From Mustelus asterias (lineage: Eukaryota), in NCBI RefSeq assembly GCF_964213995.1, contig NC_135812.1:79608001-79672000 (forward strand): a DNA stretch of 64,000 nucleotides, in the 5' to 3' direction. The notes under the pieces are model-generated. The model was not told the DNA's origin. It made no database searches and was given only the letters and a program-made list of their open reading frames with translations. Shown one piece after another: positions 50,181 to 63,639 of the stretch. A program made the translations under genes and the position numbers. Position 1 is the first letter of the stretch. Every line of letters starts with the position of its first letter.

Positions 50181-51915
50181 ATGGCTTTTGCAATGCAACC
50201 CATCGATCTTGCTGTTTTTTTGGTTGCTGCTGGAGCTGAGGAGGCCCGGGCCTTACCACTCGCAGGAGGAGAAGGAGTCAGCCACGAGAGGCAGGATGTG
50301 GCCACCATTTGCCCTGGGAGTGGGTGGTGGGGTGGGGGTGTTGGGGCAGGAGAAGGAGGGAGCAGAGACCCCAGCAGTTCTGCACGCCTGAGTCCTTCGA
50401 GCAACTGTTGGACATCGCGTGCCACTGACGCTCCGGCTCCGAAAGGAGACAGTGCGACACCTCTGCCATTTGTTGCAGGACCTGGCACCTCATGGCATGG
50501 GAGGGGGTGGGGAGGGGGGGGGGGGGGCACTACTCCCTGTGGCTGTGAAAGTGACGACTGCCTTAAACTTTTATGCCACCGGGTCCTTCCAGGCTGCCAG
50601 TGGACACCTTGGTGACATTTCACAATCATCCATCCACAAGTTTGTGAAGGAGGTCATGGACACCCTGTATGCCCGGACTGGCCAGTATATCAAATTTGAC
50701 TTGGACAAGGCCCAGCAGGAAGCCCGGGCTGCAGGATTCGTGGGGATGCCAAATATGCAGGGAGCAATAGACTGCATCTCTGTCGCCTCAAGGCTTTGGT
50801 CAGGAATCCAGGATGAGTGTTTTCAGTAGGAAAATAAAAAGAGGCAATGTGAGCTAAAGGGTACAATTCTAAGAGTGAATAGGAACAGCTGAGGATATAT
50901 ATGCATAAATCATTGAAGGTGACAGGGAAGATTGAGAGTAGTTAAAAACCACACTGAATTCTCGGCTTTATAAAGTGATGCCTAAAGTACAAAAGTGGAG
51001 GCAGATTCAATTGTAGCTTTCAATTGAATAATAATAATTGGATAATTATCTAAAGCTAAAAAATGCAGGTTACAGGAAAAGGGCAGGGGAATTAGGTTGA
51101 TTGGCCATGTTAAAATTGCCCCTTAGTGTCCTGAGATGCGTAGGTTAGAGGGATTAGTGGGTAAAATATGTAGGGATATGGGAGTAGGGTCTGGGTGGGT
51201 TTGTGGTCGGTGCAGACTCGATGGGCCGAATGGCCTCTTTCTGTACTGTAGGGTTTCTATGATTTCTATGATTCATGAATAGAAAGGGTTTCCATTCAAT
51301 AAATGTGCAGTTGGTGTGTGACCATCAGCTCAATATTATGCATGTCTGCACCAGACTCCCCGGCAGCGTGCACGGCAGCTTCATATTGAGGAGTTCTAAT
51401 ATACCTTGGGTCTTTGAGGAGGAGCCGAGGGTGCAGGGATGGCTCATGGGGGACATGGGGTACCTGCTTCAGACTTGACTGATGATGCCTGTGCGGAGGC
51501 CTGAGACTGAGGTGGAGACCTGCTATAATGAGGCCCAGGTTGCCACCCGTTCAGTAGTAAAGCGGTGCATAGAGCTCCTCAAAATGCGGTGTCAGGTGCC
51601 TGGACTGCTCTGACAGGGCCCTCCAATATAGCCCCTTGATATTGTCCTGCATTGTGATGGTATGCTGTGCCCTACACAACTTGGCGCAGCAGCGAGGAGA
51701 CCTTCTTGAGGAGGACGGGGACGTGGAGGCTGACCAGCCCGGCATCGCTGGGGAGGGGGCCGCCCAGCAGGGGGGAGGAGAAAGAGGAGGAAGAGGAAGA
51801 GGAGGAGAATGACGAAGAGCAACACCACTCAGGCATTGGAGGGCTGGCGGTAGCAAGGGTCAGGAATTCGAGGGCGGCAAGGCAGGCCCTGATCACCATA
51901 CGCTTTGCTCACTAG
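50181..51915 (+). pseudogene. Harbinger (HARBI1-like) transposase, disrupted
   Basis: LPVAVKVTTALNFYATGSFQ, QGAIDC, NRKGFHSINVQLVCD, PGSVH and WLMGDMGY motifs; split by CR1 and SINE pieces at about 50790-51274. Confidence 0.92.
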
Positions 51916-51949
51916 GGGCCTGTGTTGCCACACGTGGGTGCCATTTCTC

Positions 51950-54900
51950 CCCCCGCCCCCTCCGGAGTCCTACAATCTCCTGCAACAGGGGGAGTCAGAA
52001 GGTGTAGCCACAGCTGCAGTCTCCTGGGTGGAAGGCCTCAGCACAGGCTCAGCCCTTCCTCTTCTTTCGGAGTTCCTGTGGGCCCCTGGGTCGCTATGTG
52101 GGGACAGTGATACTTCTGCCGTGAGCTCCAGAAGCTCCAGCATCATCTGGCCCTGCCAGTCCTGGAGGACCACTTGCATTCTAGCCATGGTGGTTGAGCC
52201 CTCTGCGACGGCCACATGAGTAGGAGGACCACCTGTCAATGGCAGCAGCAAGTGACATCTGAGACAGGGCCACGCTTTGCAGGTTACACTGGACCGCATT
52301 CTCAAAGGCTGCTGCCGTAGCCTGCTGTGTCTTGGCGCTGTCCAACTGGGTCTCCTACAAGTTCTCCAACCTCTCAGCCATGGGCCACAGAATCTCGAGA
52401 AGCCTATTGAGGCCCTCAGCTGTGGCCCGCTGTAACTTGGCCATTGCTTGGACCCTGCCACTCATGGTGAAGATTTCCTGCCCCAGGCTTTCCATTGCAG
52501 ATGCCACCTTTGCAGTGTTGGCCTGGGAACCACGCAAGACAGGCAATAGCTGGTCCACTTTGGGACTCCTCCCAGCAGCCTCACAGTTGGTCCAGTGTGA
52601 CCGTCAGCCTCTCCTGCATTCCCTGGCTCTATTGCAGCATCTCCAGCAGCTGAAGGAGAGGTGATCGCAGAGGCCCAGCATGTAGCCTGGGGCCAGCTGA
52701 GTCCTCGCCTCCGGCAGGTCCCCACATGCCAGAGGCCTCGGATGTTTCCTTCTCCACCTGATGTACATCAGCAGATGTGTCGTGCGCACCAGAGAGTGAC
52801 CCAGATGCCGCGCCACTAACTTGACCCACTGATGTGAGAGTCTCTGGGATGGTGAATTGCGAGGTGGAAGCTGACGTGAAACTGGTGCCGGCCTCGGAGC
52901 TCCCTTCATCAGCTTCCTCCGAGGAGCCTTCCGAGCTGTCAGGGGCAGGATGGGCGGGAGCAGCAGTGGGGGCCGCGATGCCAGATGGCCCAGGTGTGTC
53001 GGATCCCTTCCTGCAACTTTGGACACAAGGTTAATTGCAAGGGAGGGAGAGGAATCTGGGCTGCATGCAACTTACTTGACATTTCTCTATAAAGTGAAGG
53101 ATTGGCAGTTGCTCACTCCAATGCTCCAGCCTGACCATGGTGTCGCTTATCATCTGCATTCCCTCCTCTCCCGCAAGCTCCAGTGCCCGCTCCTCAAAGC
53201 GGGTGAGGACTCGGATGTCAGGCTCATCACCCCCTGTCTTTGCCCTCTCCTGGCGGTTATGGGCATTCTTCTCCTGTGGGGACAGAAGGAGCCTTGAAAA
53301 ATCTGATGGCACGAGTCCTGCAGGGTATCAGGGGGTGGCCCTCCGAGGGTAAGGGTTGTGATACTCTTGGGGGAGAGGAGGGAGGTGCTTGGGGGTCAGG
53401 GCCTGGAACATAAGAACATAAGAAATAGAAGCAGGAGTAGGCCATCTGGCCCCTCAAGCCTGCTCCGCCATTCAATAAGATCATGGCTGATCTGATAGTG
53501 GGTTCAGTTCCACTTACCCGCCCGCTCCCCATAACCCTTAATTCCCTTATTGGCTAAAAACCTATCTATCTGTGACTTAAACGCATTTAATGAGGTAGCC
53601 TCTACCGCTTCATTGGGCAGAGAATTCCAAAGATTCACTACCCTCTGGGAGAAGAAGTTCCTCCTCAACTCTGTTCTAAATTGACTCTCCCGTATTTTGA
53701 GGCTATGCCCCATAGTTCTTGTTTCCATTGTAAGTGGAAACAATCTCAATGTTTCTACCCTGTCTAGCCCCTTCATTATCTTATATGTCTCTATAAGATC
53801 TCCCCTCAACCTTCTAAACTCCAAAGAGTACAGGCCCAGTCTGCTCAATCTTTCCTCATAAGCTAACCCCCTCATCTCTGGAATCAACCTGGTGAACCTT
53901 CTCTGCATCCCTTCCAAAGCCAATACATCCTTTCTTAAATAAGGGGACCAAAACTGTACACAGTACTCTAGATGCGGCCTCACCAGTACCCTGTACAGTT
54001 GCAGCATGACCTCCCTGCTTCTATACTCCATCCCTCTCGCGATAAAGCTCAACATTCCATTTGCCTTCTTGACCACCTGCTGCACCTGCAAACTGTGTTT
54101 TTGTGATTCATGCACAAGGACCCCCAGGTCCCTCTGCACAGCAGCATGTTGTGATTTTTCACCGTTTAAATAACAGTCCCTTTTCCTATTATTCCTTCCA
54201 AGGTGGATAACCTCACACTTACCAATGTTATACTCCATCTGCCAGATCCTCGCCCACTCACTGAGCCTATCCAAATCTCTCTGCAGACTCTCTGTGTCTT
54301 CCACGCAATTTGCTTTCCCACCCATCATAGTGTCACCCGCAAACTTTGTTACCCTACAGATCATCTATGTATATGGTAAATAGTTGAGGCCCCAGCACCG
54401 ATCCCTGCGGCACGCCACTAGTCACGGATTGCCAACCAGAAAAGCACCCATTTATACCTACTCTCTGTTTTCTGTTAGACAGCCAATCTTCAATCCACGC
54501 TAACACTTTACCCCCAACTCCGTGCACCTTTATCTTTTGCAGTAACCTTTTGTGAGGCACCTTATCGAAAGCCTTCTGGAAATCCAAATACAATACATCC
54601 ACCGGTTCCCCCCTGTCAACCGCACTCGTTACCTCCTCAAAAAACTCCAGTAAATTAGTCAAACATGACTTTCCCTTCCTGAATCCATGCTGCATCTGCT
54701 TGATTGAACCATTCTTATCCAGGTGTCCTGCTATTTCTTCCTTTGTGATAGATTCCAGCATTTTCCCAACTACGGATGTTAAGCTAACCGGCCTGTAATT
54801 ACCTGCCTTTTGTCTGCCTCCTTTTTTAAACAGTGGCGTTACATTAGCTGTTTTCCAATCAGCTGGCACCTCCCCAGAGTCCAGTGAATTTTGATAGATT

Positions 54901-57804
54901 ACAACTAATGCATTTGCTATTGCCTCTGCCGTTTCTTTTAGTACCCTGGGATGCATTCCATCCGGACCATGGGACTTTAGTCCCAGTAGCCTACCCAGCA
55001 CCAACTCCTTAGTAATAGTGATCGTTTTAAGGTCCTCACCCCCTACAGTCCCATGACCGTCAATTATTGGTAAGCTATTTGTGTCCTCCACTGTGAAGAC
55101 CGACACAAAAAACTTGTTTAAGGCCTCAGCCATTTCCTCGTTTCCCATTATTAAATCCCCCTTCTCATCTTCTAAGGGACCAACATTTACTTTAGCCAAT
55201 CTTTTCCTTTTTATATATTTGTAAAAACTCTTACTAATAGTTTTTATATTTTGGGCTAGTTTACTTTCATACTCTATCTTTCCTTTCTTTATTGCTTTCT
55301 TCGTAGTTCTTTGTTGCTTTTTAATGCCTTCCCAATCCTCTAATTCCCCACTAATCTTGGCCACTCTGAATGCATTGGTTTTTAATTTGATACTTTCCTT
55401 TATCTCCTTAGTTATCCATGGCTGGTTATTCCTTTTATTACATCCCTTCTTTTTCACTGGAATATATTTTTCCTGAGTACTGAGAAAAATCTCCTTACAA
55501 ATCCTCCACTGTTCCTCAACTGTCCCACCAATTAGTCTGTGTTCCCAGTCTACATTAGCCAACTCTGCCCTCATCCTATTGTAATCCCCCTTGTTCAAGC
55601 AGAGGACATTGGTTTGGAACCCTACTTTCTCACCCTCCATCTGTATTAGAAATTCAACCATATTGTGATCACTCATTCCAAGAGGATCCCTCACAAGGAG
55701 ATCATTTATTTTACCTGTCTCATTACACAGGACCAGATCCAGGATAGCTTGCTCCCTCGTAGGTTCTGTAACATACTGTTCGAGGAAACTATCGCAACAG
55801 CATTCTAAGAACTCTTCCTCAAGTGCACCGCGTCCGACTTGAGTTGACCAATCAATGTGGAGGTTAAAATCCCCCATGATTACTGCTGTTCCATTTCTAC
55901 ATGCATCTGTTATTTGTTTGTTTATGGCCTGCCCCACCTCGAAGTTATTATTTGGGGGCCTATAGACTACGCCCACCAGTGACTTTTTCCCCTTACTATT
56001 CCTTATCTCCACCCACATTGATTCCACATTTTGCTCCTTAGAGCCTATATCGTCTCTCACTACCGCCCTGATGTTATCCTTAATTAACAGAGCTACCCCA
56101 CCTCCTTTTCCTTCCTGTCTATCCTTCCGAATTGTCTGATACCCGCGGATATTTAGTTCCCAGTCCTGGTCACTCTGCAACCACGTTTCTGTAATGGCCA
56201 CTAGATCATACCCATTTGTACTAATTTGTGCCGTCAACTCATTCACTTTGTTTCGAATGTTATGTACATTCAGGTAAAGTGTCTTTATGTTAGTCTTTCT
56301 TACCTGGACTCGATTTGTTAGTGCGTTCCTTTGTTTGCATGCTCTGTCCCTTCCTGTCACAGACTGGTTATTCTTCCCCAGACCATCTCCTTGCACTGTG
56401 TTGACCACCTCCTTTCTCATGCTTGTCACCTTTTTTACTCTGCCTGAGGTTAGATTCCTGCCATCTTCTATACTCTCTGTTCTATTACGTGGTCTGGAAA
56501 CTTTATTAACCTCTCCTGAGCTCTCATCTCCTTTAACTAATTGAAAGTCCTCATCATTAACCTGCACTCCTACCCTCTCCTTTACCTTTGATTTTCTAAT
56601 TCTCCATACCACTGACCCCTCCCCCTCACTATTTAGTTTAAAGCCCTATCTACAGCCCTAGTTATACGATTCGCCAGGACTCTGGTCCCAGCACGATTCA
56701 GACGAAGACCATCCCGTCGGTACAGGTCCCATCTTCCCCAATACTGGTGCCAATGTCCCATGAATTCAAACCCCTTCCTCCCACACCAATCTTTGAGCCA
56801 CGCATTTACCTCCTTAATCTTATTGACCCTGTGCCAATTCGCTCGTGGCTCAGGTAGTAGTCCAGAGATTATTACCTTTTTTGTTCTGATTTTCAATTTA
56901 GATCCTAACTTTTCATATTCCCTTAGCAGAACCTCAGTTCCTGTTCTTCCTATATCGTTGGCACCTATGTGGACCACGACAACTGGATCTTTACCCTCCC
57001 ACTCCAAGTTCCTCTGCAGCCCCAGATGAGATATCCTGAACCCGAGCACCAGGCAGGCAACACAACCTTCAGGATTCTCGATCCTGGTCACAGAGAACAG
57101 TGTCAATGCCCCTAACTATACTATCCCCAGTTACGACTACATTTCTTTCTTCTCCCCCCACTTGAACGGCTCCCTGTACCACGGTGCTGTGGTCAGTTTG
57201 CTCATCCTCCCTGCATTCCCTGTTCCCGTCCACACAGGTAGCAAGAATCTCGAACCTGTTGGACAAGTTCAGGGACTGAGGCTCCGGTAACACTACTCCC
57301 TGGATCCCTCTACCTGCCTCACCCGCAGCCACACCCTCTTCTCCCTGACCACTGTCTGAATTCAAGGTAGTTTTTCTAAGGGGTGTGACTGCTTCCTGAA
57401 ACACAGCGTCCAGGTAACTCTCCCCCTCCCTGATATGTCGCAGTGTCTGGAGCTCACAATCCAGCTCATCCACACTGAGCCGGAGTTCCTCAAGCAACCA
57501 ACACTTACTGCAGACATGCTCACTTGGAACAACAGTGGGGTCCACCAGCTCCCACATCATGCAGAAACAACACATCACATGACCCTCGCAGGGTGCTGGG
57601 AGTGGGGGGATCTGGGGGTCATTTAGGGGAAAGATGCTAGATGAGGTGAAACGCTCCCCCTTGCTGCCCAGATTAGCTTATTTGTTTATGGCACTGCTTT
57701 CCAGTTCTCCTGGCCAGTGCCTTGGCACTAATGCATGTTGCCACAACCTCCCAGGCTGTGTTTCCATCGCTTCCCCTGGAACGACATCCTGTTGGGGTGA
57801 AGAG
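51950..57804 (-). pseudogene. Harbinger Myb/SANT-like partner gene, convergent, intron-containing
   Basis: Exon near 57665-57804 reads AWEVVATCISAKALARRTGKQCHK; the next exon reads EKNAHNRQERAKTGG...LTRFEERALEL (about 53075-53273), followed by a low-complexity/coiled-coil region. Confidence 0.8.
53407..57588 (-). mobile_element. Near full-length CR1 LINE (ORF1 zinc finger + SGNH esterase, ORF2 EN-RT)
   Basis: ORF1 CxxC...CxxC, GDSIVRG, HIGAND; ORF2 AITETW, GDFN, SDH, GVPQGSVLGP, YIDD; frameshifts near 57090 and 54360; (TTCTTATG)n tail. Confidence 0.97.
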
Positions 57805-57921
57805 TGTGTCCCACTTTGCCTTCGAAAGCTCGTGCGACCAAATAAACCTGTTGGATTTTAACCTGGTGTTGTGAGACTACTTACTGTGCCAACCCCAGTC
57901 CAACGCCGGCATCTCCACATC
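57805..57921. mobile_element. Penelope pLTR fragment
   Basis: Matches the right half of 23306-23537. Confidence 0.8.
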
Positions 57922-58272
57922 ACTGTAGTGGAGACTAGCATTCCACCTTTTATGCAGGGTATGTAGGGACTGTTGTCATCATTGAATAATGCTTATACTA
58001 ACAGAGTACTTTAAATAATACATTTCACGCAGGCAGTGTGTAAGGTGCAGCAAATCCATCATTTGGATTAACTCCATAGGATACACGGACATTACATTAA
58101 ACCTGATACAACATGGCCATTTTCAAGTGGAACAACAGACATTTTGAAGACTGTATTATTTTTAAAAGTTACATTCAAGCAAAATGGCTGCAAACCAGAC
58201 GTTGGAATATACAACACCACCAAACCATCCAAGGAGTGAACAAAGGGGGCCATGAGTCATGGCGCAGCTATC

Positions 58273-58608
58273 TTAGAATCATAGAAACCCTACAGTACAG
58301 AAAGAGGCCCATCGAGTCTGCAGTGACCACAATCCCACCCAGGCCCTACCCCCATATCCCTACATATTTACCCACTAATCCCTCTAACTACGCATCTCAG
58401 GACACTAAGGGCAATTTTTAGCATGGCCAATCAACCTAACCCGCACATCTTTGGACTGTGGGAGGAAACTGGAGCACCCGGAGGAAACCCCCACAGACAC
58501 GAGGAGAATGTGCAAACTCCACACAGACAGTGACCCAAGCCGGGAATCGAACACAGGTCCCTGGAGCTGTGAAGCAGCAATGCTAACCACTGTGCTACCG
58601 TACCGCCC
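58273..58608 (-). mobile_element. HE1-type SINE
   Basis: Close to 63640-63987. Confidence 0.92.
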
Positions 58609-58629
58609 AATCTGACAAGGTTATGCAGA

Positions 58630-59769
58630 GGGATGTCAATAGCCCCGACCAACTACAGGAGAGACAATGGAAATGGTAATGGATTTTACCCCAGCTATAT
58701 AGAATAATGCCTCCACTAATGGAAAAACATTTAGCAGTTCCAGGAAACCACCTTGGGACACTTAGTAGCCTATCAGATACCTCCTAAAAGAGTTTGGGTT
58801 CTTTGTCATTGAAACTGATCATATCAGTTTCATCCTGTAAGCACTTTGCACCCCATTGTTTTGAAACTGACCAATGGGAGGAGTCAGCCAATTTGATTAA
58901 GGAACTGTCTTTTAAAATAATATCGAACTCTGGCCAAAAGGACACACAAGGAGGAGAGGTGGTTGACCTTTCAGCAGTTAACTCAGAAAGGAGTTCTGTG
59001 AAGCTCGGTGCAGGAGAATTATGTAATGTCTGAAAGGAGTGAATTCAGGTGTCCAGCCAGACAACTACTTTGTGGCAGAGGAAAGAACAAGGAAGATCCA
59101 GCAGCAAGGACTTTTGCTTTTAAAATGATCAGAGGAGTGGTGAATATATTCGCTCAGCCTTCAGAAATCCCCCAGTTAGGCAAAGGTATAGGAGGGGGCT
59201 AGGATTCTTGTTTTTGTGTAAATTGTATAGTGCTAAGAATTTACGTTGTGCCGTTAAGAGTTTTCTTTCCATAGCATAGTATTGTAGTGTTGTGTTTTGT
59301 TGACGTGAGTTTGGTTGGGGTTATTCTTGAGTAAATTATTTTTAAATTAACTTTGACTACTCTCTCATCGTCCATCTTGGTGAGTCACTAAAAAGCCAGG
59401 ACATAATTTCGGGGCACAGAACCGTAAAGGGGCCGAGCACTTCGAAACTGCTCACTCAAGGGGGTCTACTGGTCAGGAATAAACAGTGATCCCTCTCTCT
59501 CTCTCGTGAAGCTATCCCAGTGTGGCACTTCTGGGTTGTATTTTACTACCTACAAGAAAGAGAGACAGGTGGCAGGTAGGGTAACTCGTGTAGCAAAAGG
59601 ATGAGCTCACTGGTCAGGAATAAACAGTGAGTCTTTCTCTCTCTCTCTTGTGAAGCTGTCCTAGCGTGACACTCCCGGGTTGTGAGTTGAACACCGGCAG
59701 GAGGAAGACACCCGCAGTTATCAGTGGCTTCCGAGACCAGTCTATGTGTGGAGTAAAAGGACCTTTACA
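58630..59769 (+). mobile_element. LTR-like element related to 8064-9304
   Basis: Shares CATAATT.CGG.G...AGAAC...CTTCGAAAC.GC.CACTCA; ~70-bp direct repeat at 59468 and 59609; ends in TTTACA. No TSD found. Confidence 0.5.
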
Positions 59770-59819
59770 GGTGCCAATCCCAGAACATTAAATTACTTGT
59801 CAACCTATGTGGCACTAAC

Positions 59820-60128
59820 AGAATCCTACAGTGCAGAAGGAGGCCATTCGGCCCATCGCATCTGCACTGACCACACTCCCACCCAAGCCCTATCCCCACA
59901 ACCCCATGCATTTACCCTAGCTAGTTCGTCTGACACCAAGGGGCAAATTAGCACAGCCAATCCGCCTAACCCGCACACCTTTGGACTGTGGGAGGAAACT
60001 GGAGCACACGGAGGAAACCCACACTGACATGGAGAGAACGTGCAAACTCCACACAGACAGTGACCTGAGGCCGGAATTGAACTCGATCACTGGCACTGTG
60101 AGGCAGCAGTGCTAACCATCGTGCCACC
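59820..60128 (-). mobile_element. HE1-type SINE
   Basis: Standard copy. Confidence 0.9.
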
Positions 60129-60172
60129 CAATGTCCCAAAATAATCAGGGGTGCAACTTAAATTTGTGTGAT

Positions 60173-61224
60173 TGTTGAAGTGGAAATTTTCCTGCTTCTT
60201 GACTGTGATAGAAAAACTCAACAAAGTTCGTTCCAACAAAACAACTAGTATTTATTTACGAAAGACTGCATGCAGTTTTGGCTGAAAACTTGAGTTCAGA
60301 GAGCAGTTGGTACAACTTGCTAATTCCTCCTCAAGTCCGCCATTACACAAAGAATCAGTTCGGTATTTATACATAATCATTATCAGTTTGCGTGACCAGA
60401 GCATATTCAGGAATTCGATTAGTAATAGAATCATAAGCAATGCCATTAATCATGTCATAACTTGCTGACCTCCTAGAACATTCATACCCTTATCTTGTCC
60501 TTTGATGGAACAGAAAAAGGTCGGTGACTCCTTCATCCCTGACCTTATCTTGTCTTATTTACTCATACAGTCTTAAAGTTATGCGGAGTCAGCCTTGCTT
60601 ATATTGTACCAAATAGCTGACCAATTTTCCCATCATGCTATTCCTTAGTTCATACAACTTCACATTCCCTCCTTTTGTCATATCATGACAACTAATTAAA
60701 TAGGGATATCCATAACCCAATTAAAAGTGCATTTATACAAGCAACCAAGCAATCCTATCCCCAATAGCAGTAGTAGTAGTAACATGAAGGCCTTAAAGAT
60801 CCAATCGAATAATCCGTGACCCAGCCATCCTAACCAACCCGCTGGGTCATAATCATGAAATTCACAGCTAATCTCTTGAATTTGATCAGCCTGTCTCTTA
60901 ATATGGTCGGCCAGGTTGGTGATATTTTCAGAGGCATCTGGGATATAAGTACCACATTCCTGACCTACAATGGCGCACGTTCCTCCCTGCGAGGCTAACA
61001 GATAATCCAAAGCCATTCGATTTTGTACTGCCACGGTCCGGACAGCCACCAGCTCAGCCGAGACCTCGGCCAGTGCCTGTCCAGTTGCCCTGGCATTTTC
61101 CGCCGTTATTACGTTTGCCAGTTGTTCCAATGCTGAGGTCATAAGAATCAGTTTGTTGGCTGCCCTGCCCCTTCCATGTAGTGGAAAGGCCATCATGCTA
61201 TTCCTTAGTTCATACAACTTCACA
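60173..61224 (-). mobile_element. env: Internally deleted endogenous retrovirus (35 bp of 5' LTR, env TM, PPT, 3' LTR)
   Basis: ISD QNRMALDYLLASQGG, CAIVGQECG (CX6CC variant), TM anchor; PPT AAAAGGAGGGAA; LTR 60173-60664 TGTGAAG...CTTCAACA; 61190-61224 duplicates 60630-60664. Confidence 0.92.
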
Positions 61225-61755
61225 ACTTCTGGTCGCCTCATTACAGGAAGGATGTAGAAATTATTGAAAGGGTGCAGAGAAGATTTACAAGGATGTTGCC
61301 TGGATTGGGTGGCATGCCTTATGAGGATAGGTTGAGGGAGCTCGGTCTTTTCTCCTTGGAGAGACGAAGGATGAGAGGTGACCTGATGGAGGTGTACAAG
61401 ATGTTGAGAGGTATAGATCGGGTGGATTCTCAGAGGCTTTTTCCCAGGGCTGAAGTGGCTGCTACAAGAGGACACAGGTTTAAGGTGCTGGGGAGTAGGT
61501 ACAGAGGAGATATCAGGGGTACGTTTTTCACTCAGAGGGTGGTGGGTGAGTGGAATCGGCTGCCGTCAATGGTGGTGGAGGCAAACTCGATAGGGTCTTT
61601 TAAGAGACTTCTGGATGAGTACATGGGACTTAATAGGATTGAGGGTTATAGGTCAGCCTATATATAGGCCTAGGTAGGTGGGGACATGACCGGCGCAACT
61701 TGTGGGCCGAAGGGCCTGTTTGTGCTGTAGTTTTTCTATGTTCTATGTTCTATGA
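61225..61755 (+). mobile_element. CR1 LINE 3' fragment (young)
   Basis: ORF 61272-61667 and (TTCTATG)n tail. Confidence 0.95.
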
Positions 61756-62079
61756 TAATGTAAAATGAGTGATACTGAGTCAGTTTGCATCTTTTCCAAT
61801 TTTTATATCCTTTGACTACATTCAGTTGTTATACACAATCACATAGTGTATATTTTCTTTCTGCTGGAGATGAGAGTATTAAAATCTCAATATGTCCATG
61901 AGTCACCATATCCGTGCAATGTCTATGCACTGCTAGCAGCTCTCTGCTGTGTGAATGAAATTGCCACCAAAGCTGACATTAGTGCATGCAGGAAGCTGTC
62001 ACTGAAGAAGTCACATCACCAGTTCTCACATGCCTACACCCATCAATTCCTAGGAGACTGGGAGGAGAGCGTTGCCAGT

Positions 62080-62432
62080 TCATAGAATCCCTATGCTGCA
62101 AAAGGAGGCAGGCCGTTCGGCCCATCGAGTCTGCACGACTCTCTGACAGGGCATCTTATCCTGGCCCTATCCCCCGCCCTATCTCCGCAACCCCACACAT
62201 TTATCCCCTTAATCTAGACACCTTGGGACTAAAGGGCAATTTAGTGGTCTAATGGTCAATCCATCTAACCGGCACATCTTTGGACTTTAGGAGGAAATCG
62301 GAGCACCCGGAGGAAACCCACCCAGACACGGGGAGAATGTGCAATCGCCACACAAGAGAGTCACCCAAGAATGGAATCAAACCTGGCTCCCTGGCGCTGT
62401 GAGGCAATAATGCTAACCATTGTGCCATAACG
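62080..62432 (-). mobile_element. HE1-type SINE
   Basis: Standard copy. Confidence 0.88.
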
Positions 62433-62825
62433 CCACAGAGGATTACATCAGAGAATTTTGCAAAAGGTTTACGTGATAATTAGTCACTGAACATATCGTG
62501 CGCAAAGGAATAACTTAAATACCTGAATCTTCCCTCACAACTTTGTGACTTTTGTGTGTAAAACAAGTGGAATTAATTGTGTAATTGACTAAAAATTACT
62601 GGATTTTTGCTCAATTCTATTTTAATTTAATTTTGCGATCAGAATTTTGATATTTCCAGTGGAATACTGAAGCCCCATGAATAGGGTCGTTATGAGGGGA
62701 GCATCCGAATGTAAAGCTACGATGATTACATACAAGTGAGAAATAAAACACAACTGATGGAAGATATCAGTTCAAATCTCGCAAGGTGAAGCAATCAGTG
62801 AAGGGTTGCCATTCCATTCCTACTC

Positions 62826-62972
62826 TTTATTATTTCAAAAATATACCTTTTTCTTATACAATCTGAAAAACATTACAGAAACATTTCCGATCGTTACAAC
62901 AGCAAAAAGCAATCATATTTACATTTCCCTTGAGATCAAAATTTACACTGTGCCCAGTCTAAAATCATTACA
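62826..62972 (-). mobile_element. Tx1-type 3' UTR fragment
   Basis: Minus strand ends GTATATTTTTGAAAT, as does the Tx1 at 5260-5275. Confidence 0.6.
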
Positions 62973-62973
62973 T

Positions 62974-63638
62974 AGGGGCAATTCCCCCATCCCGCTGCAC
63001 AGCAGGCTGGGAGAATTGCGCGGGGGCGATTCTCAGAGTTCTCGCGAGCGTTCGCCCCCACTGGCGTTTCCCAGCACCCGATTTCCGGTGCCGTCTGTGT
63101 CGGAAATCGGCGGGGAGGTGGGGCTCGCATTTAAATTATATTTTAAATATTATTTAAATGCTAGTAGTGGGCCCGGGACTGATTTCTCCAGGCCCGCTAG
63201 CCTCTCCCAACCCGCCACTCCAGCGGGGACTACACAAGCTCCTCGTTTTTGGGGAACCAGCGGCCCAACCCCCTGGGCATGCGCACCCTGGCAGTGCTAG
63301 CCTGTGCCCTGGGCACTGCCCAAGGGGAAAGGTGCCCATGCCCAGAGGCCACCTTGGCACTGCCCATCAGGCATGGGGCAGTACCAAGGGAGCAGGGCCT
63401 TATGCGGGCAGGTCCGTACGGGGGCGGGGCCGAGCAGGCGATTGGTGGGGGTGGGGGGGGTGGGATCGATAGGGGCAGGAGGGAGGCCAGCAATCGGGGC
63501 GAGCTGGGGGGGTGTCTGCTGGGGGGGTGCATGGGGGATCTGCCGGGGGTGGGGGGGGGGGGCGGATTGGCATTGCGGGACAGCGGGGGCTGGAGATTGG
63601 GGCGGTCAGGGACGGGGGTCCAGGAATGGTTGAGGGTT
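62974..63638. mobile_element. Harbinger-type non-autonomous element end (GC-rich)
   Basis: GGGGCAATTCCCC and GGGGCGATTCTC termini with GC-rich subterminal repeats. Confidence 0.6.
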
Positions 63639-63639
63639 C

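Noticed and set aside
60696-61475. 259-aa ORF as a novel env fusion gene
   Set aside because: Its N-terminal third is antisense CR1 plus LTR sequence that happens to be open; no signal peptide.
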